From an uncultured Planctomycetaceae bacterium (lineage in GTDB: Bacteria; Planctomycetota; Planctomycetia; Isosphaerales; Isosphaeraceae), in the NCBI GenBank assembly GCA_963833985.1, contig CAWIAD010000002.1:3584001-3648000 (forward strand): a stretch of 64,000 nucleotides of DNA. The letters are read 5' to 3'. The notes under the pieces were generated by a model, which saw nothing but the letters and a program-made list of their open reading frames with translations, was not told where the DNA came from and ran no database searches. A program made the position numbers and the translations under genes. The stretch's first letter is position 1. Every line of letters starts with the position of its first letter. Below are positions 57,520 to 64,000 of this stretch, one piece after another.

Positions 57520-58119
57520 TCAATGCATCACACGCGGCAGGAATCTCCCCGTCCGCTGCATGTAGGTCCGATACTCGTCCCCAAATCGCTCGATCAATTT
57601 CTCCTCCTCAATTCGAGTGCGGACGACCATCATCGCAAACGCCGAGAGCCCCAAGAGAGCAAAGAGCCAGTTGGCGGTGAGCAGCGCCAAGGAAAGCCCC
57701 CAGATGAAACCAACATCATAGAACGGGTGCCGAACCCACCTATAAGGTCCGTGAGTGACCAGTGTATGCTCCCGCCTGGTGACGACGGTATCTGTGAGGT
57801 TCTTACCAAGGCTATGAAAGGTCCAGAACAAGAGTGGGGGAACCGCAAACAGCGAAATAAACGCACCGATCCACCGCAGCCATGTGGGCAGGGTGATCGA
57901 AGACCAGACCATCCAGGATGGCTTGATCAGATGGACGGATAATGCGATCAAAGCAAGAAGCCCGCAAAGCCGTAAGCCGATCATGATGAAGATCCCTTCT
58001 TCCCTCCGTGCCAGCTTCTCTCTCGTTGCCTGGGATCTGATGCGATGGTAGAGACCGATGGGAAGGGTAATGGCGATGCTGACCATGACAATGGATCGAA
58101 ACACGGATTCATCGGTCAT
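57520..58119 (-). CDS. Isoprenylcysteine carboxyl methyltransferase (ICMT/Ste14) family protein
   Basis: LVTHGPYRWVRHPFY...EEEKLIERFGDEYRTY...TGRFLP. Confidence 0.9.
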   Translation of the reverse strand: MTDESVFRSIVMVSIAITLPIGLYHRIRSQATREKLARREEGIFIMIGLRLCGLLALIALSVHLIKPSWMVWSSITLPTWLRWIGAFISLFAVPPLLFWTFHSLGKNLTDTVVTRREHTLVTHGPYRWVRHPFYDVGFIWGLSLALLTANWLFALLGLSAFAMMVVRTRIEEEKLIERFGDEYRTYMQRTGRFLPRVMH

Positions 58120-58200
58120 GGATCGGAGTCCTCGCCTACGACTATGTTGTTCGATGTTGAGTAGCTCAGGCATCTGAGCCCGTCTGCCCAAGTACTTTCC

Positions 58201-59148
58201 ATGATACAACGCCAGGTACGCAAAGCCGCTGTCATCCTCGCCAACGGCTACATCCTCTTCTTCTTCTCGGAGCGAGTCTTCTGGTCCTTCTGGCGTCCAG
58301 GTGACAATCCCTCTGAGTTCCTGATCACCTGGATCGTCTACTGCCTCCTGGGATGGATCTTCCTCGACCTCGTGAGGCGCTTCAAGGTTGCCTTATTCCC
58401 ATCGGTATTCCTCTGCGGGGCAGTCTTCGGCTGGGTGGGCGAGGGCGTCGCCGTGGACACGCTCTACGGTGATCCAACGAACCCTTTCCCGCTCTCGGTT
58501 TCGTGGACAGGACTGGCATGGCACGCCCTGCTGAGTGTCGGAGTTGGCTGGTATTTGATCGGCAAAGCTTTGACTGAGGAGAGACCAACCAAGATCGCGT
58601 TGATCTCTCTTGAAGTAGGAGTCGGTTGGGGGCTGTGGGCCGGGTGGTGGACTGCGGAATTGGGAAAGGAAGCCGACACCTCGCTGTGGGGCTTCGCAAT
58701 CCACGCCGTGCCATGCTCCATTCCCTTCCTGCTCGCGTGGTTAGTCCTCGGACTGGCTCGACCTGACTGGTTCCAGAGCAGCAGGGTGGCAACAATTGTT
58801 CTGTGGGGGCTGGTATTGGCTGTTTTCCTGGTGGCACGAGTCCCTGCCCGACCTTTTGCTGCCCTGATCATGCCTCCCCTCCTGCTCATTTGCATCGTGG
58901 GTCTGCACCGAAACGCTCGCAATGAGCAGGGTCCAGAGTGCCTCGATCGAATAATTGGACACATTCGTTCTCGCAACGTGCTTGTGATGATTCTGATCCC
59001 TCTCTCCGCAATCGTCGTTTACGCCCTATTCCGCAGCCTCAATCTGCACCTGCCGACCAACGTGGTGCTCTACGTGATCACGATGCCCCTGGGTTTCTGG
59101 TTCTTCTTCCGAAGCCTGTGGGTCACCTTCCGCCCGAGGAATGCCTGA
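58201..59148 (+). CDS. Polytopic membrane protein
   Basis: About 9-10 hydrophobic helices; FFSE, GAVFGWVGEG, WTGLAWH. Confidence 0.8.
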   Translation: MIQRQVRKAAVILANGYILFFFSERVFWSFWRPGDNPSEFLITWIVYCLLGWIFLDLVRRFKVALFPSVFLCGAVFGWVGEGVAVDTLYGDPTNPFPLSVSWTGLAWHALLSVGVGWYLIGKALTEERPTKIALISLEVGVGWGLWAGWWTAELGKEADTSLWGFAIHAVPCSIPFLLAWLVLGLARPDWFQSSRVATIVLWGLVLAVFLVARVPARPFAALIMPPLLLICIVGLHRNARNEQGPECLDRIIGHIRSRNVLVMILIPLSAIVVYALFRSLNLHLPTNVVLYVITMPLGFWFFFRSLWVTFRPRNA

Positions 59149-59200
59149 TTCAGCCAACCCTGCCAAATAGCGTTGGTGAGATTGGACGCGGTGTCAGGAG

Positions 59201-59728
59201 GTGGGCAAAGTCATGGAATCGGTCTTCCCATTCGTGTTGCTCGGGCTTGCCGTGGGACTCGTGATCTGGGGCGTCAACAACTTTTCCGTGGAGGAGAGAT
59301 ACACGAGACTTTTCGCCACCAGTGCCACGGCTGTCGGCGTGGGGGTACTGGGCTGGTTTTTCACGACGTATGGCAAGGACGCTCTCCTATATGCAGTTTT
59401 CTCGGGACTTCTTCTCGTCGGGCTGTTGCTCTGGGGGCTGATCGATCCCATTGTGGGTAGGCGACTTGCCAGAGTCTTTGCCGTGATTGCGATGGGACTG
59501 GGAATGGGACTGCTGCTATGGGGGATCATTGGGGCAGTGAGTGGAGAACGTCTTCGCCCGCCCTTTGACACGCAGATCATCACGGTGGTCAGCGAGGCGA
59601 TTGGTTGGGGAGCAGGGTTCCTCACGGGAGGCATCGTCGCCCTTGTGCTGTCATTCCTTGGGAAGACCAAGAAGGGTGGTCCGCAAGGGTCCGAGCCAAC
59701 TTCGGAACCACCGCATCACCCCGAATAG
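59201..59728 (+). CDS. Membrane protein
   Basis: Five hydrophobic segments; AGGAGG upstream (alternative ATG 59213). Confidence 0.7.
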   Translation: MGKVMESVFPFVLLGLAVGLVIWGVNNFSVEERYTRLFATSATAVGVGVLGWFFTTYGKDALLYAVFSGLLLVGLLLWGLIDPIVGRRLARVFAVIAMGLGMGLLLWGIIGAVSGERLRPPFDTQIITVVSEAIGWGAGFLTGGIVALVLSFLGKTKKGGPQGSEPTSEPPHHPE

Positions 59729-59838
59729 CCTTCCTGGGATGATCAACCTCTGTCACCAATGGGTGGCTCGCATCGCAGGCGAGAGGCCATCCCCGCTCTG
59801 AGGGAGTGCTCCTACCAGAGACCAGGAAAGTCAAGAGA

Positions 59839-60065
59839 AGCACACCTCTTACTACCAACCCAAGACGTTTGCCCGCTTAGTCATTTCTTTTCCTAAGAAG
59901 ATTCGTTATACTTCAATTGGTTGGTCTGACGACTGAGTAAGCACCTCGGGTTCTCATTGAATCACTTTCTGCTTCCCCCTCTCGCCTCTCCCACCTTCTG
60001 GGTCCTTTCTCATCGACCCAGAAAGGACTCAACGGGTCGTAGACCTTTGCCACAAGGAGAACCTC
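59839..60065 (+). promoter_or_regulatory. Promoter and conserved 5' leader of RRM gene (copy A)
   Basis: TATACT 59907-59912; GGTTGGTCTGACGAC 59919-59933; CGACCC-N14-GGGTCG 60014-60039. Repeated at 61043-61284. Confidence 0.7.
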
Positions 60066-60395
60066 GTGGGAAAGAGATTATATATTGGAAATTTGACCTC
60101 TTCGGTATCCTCATCGGAACTGCAAGACTGGTTCGCACCGTATGGGACCGTCCAGAGCGCCCAGGTCGTCTCAGACCGTGACACGGGTCGCAGCAAGGGG
60201 TTCGGCTTCGTTGAGATGGACACGTACGCCCAAGCTCATGCGGCGATCCAGGGACTCCACGACCTTGAGCATGAGGGGCGGTGGCTCATCGTGAGCGAAG
60301 CCAAGTCACGGGAAGATCGTGGTGGCGGGGGTAGCATTGATGGCAGTGATCGCACTGGCGGCGGTGGAGGCTATGGAGGTAGTGACGGTCGCTAG
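60066..60395 (+). CDS. RRM RNA-binding protein with Gly-rich tail (A)
   Basis: RNP2 LYIGNL, RNP1 KGFGFVEM. Confidence 0.92.
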   Translation: MGKRLYIGNLTSSVSSSELQDWFAPYGTVQSAQVVSDRDTGRSKGFGFVEMDTYAQAHAAIQGLHDLEHEGRWLIVSEAKSREDRGGGGSIDGSDRTGGGGGYGGSDGR

Positions 60396-60477
60396 TATGC
60401 TCTTCAGGGAAGTCCCTTTTCTTCTCGAAATTGAAAGCGTACCGAGGGTCGTCAGCCTTTAGCTTCGGAGTGCGATC

Positions 60478-60834
60478 ATGGGGAAGAATCTGTACGTAGG
60501 CAACCTCACCGGCAACGTCACGAAGTCCGACCTGGAGACGATGTTCTCCAAGTTCGGCACGGTTCAGAGCGCCCATCTCATCACACATCGTGACACGGGG
60601 CGCAGCAGGGGGTTCGGCTTCGTCGAGATGGACACGGACGCCCAGGCTCACGCAGCGATCCAAGGACTACGCGATCACGAGCATGGCGGGCGTCGTCTCA
60701 CGGTGTACGAAGCCAAGCCTGGGGATGATCGTGGTGGCGGCGGCGGCGGCGGCGGTGGAAACGGCGGTGGCTCTGGAGGTAGGAGAGAACGGTCGAGTGG
60801 ACTTGAACGGAAGCCTCTTTCCTCTCGACCCTGA
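60478..60834 (+). CDS. RRM RNA-binding protein with Gly-rich tail (B)
   Basis: LYVGNL, RGFGFVEM; the C-terminus runs into a leader remnant. Confidence 0.9.
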   Translation: MGKNLYVGNLTGNVTKSDLETMFSKFGTVQSAHLITHRDTGRSRGFGFVEMDTDAQAHAAIQGLRDHEHGGRRLTVYEAKPGDDRGGGGGGGGGNGGGSGGRRERSSGLERKPLSSRP

Positions 60835-60851
60835 AAGCGTCCCGATAGGCG

Positions 60852-60920
60852 CTCGTCATCAAACCGGACAAGGGGGACAAGCCCTGTCGGGCAACCCTCA
60901 CGTCTTTGATCCTGTGCTGA
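60852..60920 (+). pseudogene. 69-nt remnant of the 3' end of gene 62324-62806
   Basis: LVIKPDKGDKPCRATLTSLILC* versus LVIKPDKGDKPCRATLTSLVLR* at 62738-62806. Confidence 0.85.
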
Positions 60921-61042
60921 GAGGAATTCCCCACGGCTGAGTCTGGCTAGGGAAGCACCCTGAGTGCTGTCTATCACTCAGGACAGCGACCAGCCGACCC
61001 TCGTGATCGCCATATCCTTGTGAATGAAATTAGCGGCAAGAA

Positions 61043-61284
61043 AAGCACACCTCTTACTGCCAACCCTAGAAGTTCGCCCGCTCAGTCATTACTTTTTCTA
61101 AGAAGCTTCGTTATACTTCAATAGGTTGGTCTGACGACTGAGTGAGCACCTTGGGTTCTCATCGAATCGCTTTCTGCTTTCCCCTCTCGCCTCTCCCACC
61201 TCTTGGGCTCCTTTGCCAGCCCCTTTCTCACCGACCCAGAAAGCATTCAACGGGTCGCAAGGTCTTTACCTCAAGGAGAACCCC
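61043..61284 (+). promoter_or_regulatory. Promoter and conserved 5' leader of RRM gene (copy C)
   Basis: TATACT 61112-61117; GGTTGGTCTGACGAC 61124-61138; CGACCC-N14-GGGTCG 61232-61257. Confidence 0.7.
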
Positions 61285-61629
61285 GTGGGAAAGAAATTGC
61301 ATGTTGGGAATCTGACCTCTTCGGTAGCTTCATCGGATCTGCGAGAGTGGTTCGCCCCGTTCGGCACCGTGCAGAGCGCCCTGGTCATCTCAGACCGAGA
61401 CACGGGACACAGCAAGGGTTTCGGTTTTGTCGAGATGGACACGGACGCCCAGGCTCAAGCAGCCATCCACGGACTCCACGATCAAGATCACGACGGGCGG
61501 CGGCTCATGGTGAGTGAAGCCAAGCCTCGTGTAGCCCGAACCCGAGGCTTCGCTGGTGGTCGCCTTGACGGCAGTGCTCGCACTGGTCGTGGTGATGGTT
61601 ATGGAGCCGGTGGCGCGCAGCCGTATTGA
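61285..61629 (+). CDS. RRM RNA-binding protein (C)
   Basis: AAGGAG RBS, GTG 61285; LHVGNL, KGFGFVEM. Confidence 0.9.
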   Translation: MGKKLHVGNLTSSVASSDLREWFAPFGTVQSALVISDRDTGHSKGFGFVEMDTDAQAQAAIHGLHDQDHDGRRLMVSEAKPRVARTRGFAGGRLDGSARTGRGDGYGAGGAQPY

Positions 61630-61806
61630 TCGTCCTCCATCTCGGTGGGTTCCGAGTGGATCTCTCGTAGGGTCCCTCGATTCGTCCGATTTCGCCGATG
61701 ATTCGGGGCTCTCGGTTGGCTCACCGTCTTCGTGGTCTCTCGCCTGCCGACCATGAGGATCGGAGGTATCTGAACCAATCAATCAAACTGGACTAGAGCA
61801 GGCGGA

Positions 61807-62247
61807 ATGAGTCCTGTGCTATCCCGCCGTCCACTCCTGATCAAGTCTCCTTCTGGGAGCCATCAACATGCAGTTGATTTAACCACCATGCATGGTTCGG
61901 AGCCTCAAGTGAACAGTTACCCTGCCAGCGAACAAAAGATAAGGGATGTTGAGAGAGGTCGAATCTGCAACGCAATCCTTCCGATGCCGCGTGCAAAGAC
62001 GCTTTCCGCTGGCGATTCCATCAACTTCGACCTTGCTTATACACAGGCGGGCAAAGAGCCCTGTTACGTCAAGTGTGGGGATTCGGTCTGTGTCTCGCTC
62101 ACCGAGGTCACTGATCTCGGCGCGACTGATCCCGCAACTGGTCACGCCCTTTATCGGCTTTCGTGGAACCCGCTCGGTCAGAGCGATTCCCCCAGCAATA
62201 TCGTCAAGCGTGTCGTGAAGTCTCGTGGCTCTCTTGGTTCAGCATGA
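61807..62247 (+). CDS. Hypothetical protein (possibly ASCH/PUA-like)
   Basis: ORF with LSAGDSINF...GDSVCVSLTEVTDLG; start uncertain. Confidence 0.5.
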   Translation: MSPVLSRRPLLIKSPSGSHQHAVDLTTMHGSEPQVNSYPASEQKIRDVERGRICNAILPMPRAKTLSAGDSINFDLAYTQAGKEPCYVKCGDSVCVSLTEVTDLGATDPATGHALYRLSWNPLGQSDSPSNIVKRVVKSRGSLGSA

Positions 62248-62323
62248 CTGTCACCGGCGCAGGTTCACTTCTACACAGCAGGGGCACCGACGACAAATAG
62301 ACCTTGAGTCGCAAGGAAGAACC

Positions 62324-62806
62324 ATGCTCCGCAAACAAATCATCAAGCCACACCCGTCAACCCCGAACGCCACCACGGACGAGATCGACATCGCCACCGT
62401 TGCCACGGTGCAGGTGACCTCCGAGGCTCCCGACCATCCCATCGATCATGTCTTTGACGACCATCGGGGACCGGGCGGCACTCGCTGGATCGCCGGGGAG
62501 CCGGGTGAGCAGACCGTAATCCTTGCCTTCGACACGCCGCAAATGATCAACCAGATCCTCCTGGGAGTTGAAGAGTTGGAAGTACCTCGAACCCAGGAAC
62601 TCCAGTTGAGTCTTTCTTGCGATGGAGGAAAGACATACAGGGAATTGCTGCGACAGGAATTCAACTTCAGCCCAGACGGAACGACCTTCGAGCGGGAGAA
62701 GTGGACAGTCTCAGCCCAGGAAGTGACCCATCTACGGCTCGTGATCAAGCCAGACAAGGGGGACAAGCCCTGTCGGGCAACCCTCACGTCCTTGGTCTTG
62801 CGGTGA
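62324..62806 (+). CDS. Galactose-binding-like (discoidin/F5-8 type C) domain protein
   Basis: AAGGA RBS; VTSEAPDHPIDHVFD...TRWIAGEPGEQTVILAFD...RQEFNFSP. Confidence 0.75.
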   Translation: MLRKQIIKPHPSTPNATTDEIDIATVATVQVTSEAPDHPIDHVFDDHRGPGGTRWIAGEPGEQTVILAFDTPQMINQILLGVEELEVPRTQELQLSLSCDGGKTYRELLRQEFNFSPDGTTFEREKWTVSAQEVTHLRLVIKPDKGDKPCRATLTSLVLR

Positions 62807-62910
62807 CACAGCCAGGGTGATGGACGAAGCCCGATCTCAGGAATGGGACAACCAGATTACCTGCCCGGTGCGCTAGCCCGAGTTTTCTATCAATCTTTTC
62901 CATTTCTTGT

Positions 62911-63079
62911 TATCCTTTTGTCGGTTGGTCTGACGACCGAATGGTGCCGCTGGCTCTTCCCGATCCGGTCGCTGCTACTCCCTCGTCTTATCTACCCAAT
63001 AGGCTTCAACGGAAGCCCCTTTCTTCTCGACCCTGAGAGCGTCCCGAGGGTCGTCAGCCTTTCGTTTCGGAGTTCGATC
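62911..63079 (+). promoter_or_regulatory. Promoter and conserved 5' leader of RRM gene (copy D)
   Basis: TATCCT 62911-62916; GGTTGGTCTGACGAC 62923-62937; CGACCC-N14-GGGTCG 63028-63053. Confidence 0.68.
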
Positions 63080-63424
63080 GTGGGTAAGAAGCTATACGTG
63101 GGCAACCTGACCTACAACGTCAACGAGTCCGACCTGGAGGCGTTGTTCACGCCCTTCGGGACGGTCCAGAGCGCCCAGGTCATCGTAGACCGGGATACGA
63201 ACCGCTCGAAGGGGTTTGGGTTCGTGGAGATGGGCTCCGACGCCGAGGCGCAGGCAGCCATTCAGGGTCTCGACGGTCGTGACCACGACGGACGCAACCT
63301 GACGGTCAACGAAGCCAAGCCACGGGAAGAGCGTGGTGGCGGTGGTCGCAGCGGTGGCGGCGGCTACGGTGGTGGTCGTGGCGGCGGTGGTGGCTACGGA
63401 GGCGGTGGCGGTCGGCGTTATTGA
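63080..63424 (+). CDS. RRM RNA-binding protein with GGGY/RGG tail (D, most canonical)
   Basis: GTG 63080; LYVGNL, KGFGFVEM, LTVNEAKPRE, C-terminal GGRRY. Confidence 0.95.
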   Translation: MGKKLYVGNLTYNVNESDLEALFTPFGTVQSAQVIVDRDTNRSKGFGFVEMGSDAEAQAAIQGLDGRDHDGRNLTVNEAKPREERGGGGRSGGGGYGGGRGGGGGYGGGGGRRY

Positions 63425-63592
63425 TCGTTCGATATTTCCGCGTGGTCAATGAACCTCGCAACGGGGCTCCTTGATCGACCTGACCTGACCGCAACCACTC
63501 AACGGGAAAAGCCGAATCCCGTTTTCTCGCACCTCATGAGTAGCGAGGAAGCCGGGCGTCCTTTATTGAACGCCCCTGTCCGGGGTGTAAGG

Positions 63593-63811
63593 TCAGCCGG
63601 TTTTCTTGGGGTTCCCCGCACTCGGATCATTTCCATGCCTGCCCGAGTTGCTGGCTTCGGAAAACAGTGGGTTGATCCGCTCCAGGAAGTCCAAGAACTG
63701 GTTCCGCAAGACCTTCGCCTCTCCCAGTGTGAGGTCCGGTGAGCACAGCCGATCCAGCAACCCACGAAGGGTCTCGATCTGGGCGGCTCGCTGCTCGTCG
63801 AGGCTCACCAT
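63593..63811 (-). CDS. Small hypothetical protein
   Basis: ATG 63811; amphipathic LRGLLDRLCSPDLTLGEAKVLR. Confidence 0.5.
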   Translation of the reverse strand: MVSLDEQRAAQIETLRGLLDRLCSPDLTLGEAKVLRNQFLDFLERINPLFSEASNSGRHGNDPSAGNPKKTG

Positions 63812-64000
63812 GAACGAAACCCTTCTGATCCTTGGTCTGCGGAGGGTTCGCCTCAACGAACTCCGAGAAACGTAAGTCTGGGAAATGATGAGCAGGAAGT
63901 GCCCAGGGCTTCCCTGATCAGGAGCTTCCTCGACGTTCCTAACACCTTTGGTCTTGGGATATGGCAATTTAACCAAAGTACGCAACCGCCCTCAATCAAG

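Noticed and set aside
60730..60780. GGC trinucleotide run as a contingency repeat
   Set aside because: In-frame poly-Gly tail, typical of RRM proteins.

Overview
GC-rich bacterial accessory region, probably from a planctomycete (inferred from gene families: Hanks kinase, MRRFRFxI-type membrane proteins, Gly-rich RRM proteins). (1) 0-29 kb is a defence island. Its core is a minus-strand operon: DrmD-like SNF2 helicase, giant N6-adenine methyltransferase, two inserted genes, a YprA/DUF1998 helicase fused to a nuclease, and an EVE-Mrr endonuclease. This is DISARM-related but has no DrmC and no separate DrmB. It is followed by a tail of HEPN, HNH and PD-(D/E)xK candidate effectors, one of them cut by an IS701-type element. 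A divergent GHKL-ATPase-nuclease gene is split by one in-frame TAG. (2) 29-44 kb holds mixed cargo, including a ParB-methyltransferase module with a structured leader. It also holds the most striking hidden signal: a small two-TM membrane gene with an in-frame TGA in a C-G-T-U-P (CxxU) motif followed by a SECIS-like hairpin (40290-40541). TGA and hairpin are retained in a decayed second copy (43603-43835), so this is a candidate new selenoprotein that the ORF track misses. (3) 44-47.6 kb is a minimal satellite-like replicon: excisionase-type HTH, primase-helicase and a GTGACGAC iteron origin. (4) 47.7-59.7 kb carries assorted enzymes and regulators. (5) 59.8-63.4 kb has four RRM RNA-binding paralogs sharing a conserved structured 5' leader. 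All family calls come from motifs read by eye; no database search was run. No rRNA, tRNA or CRISPR array was seen.
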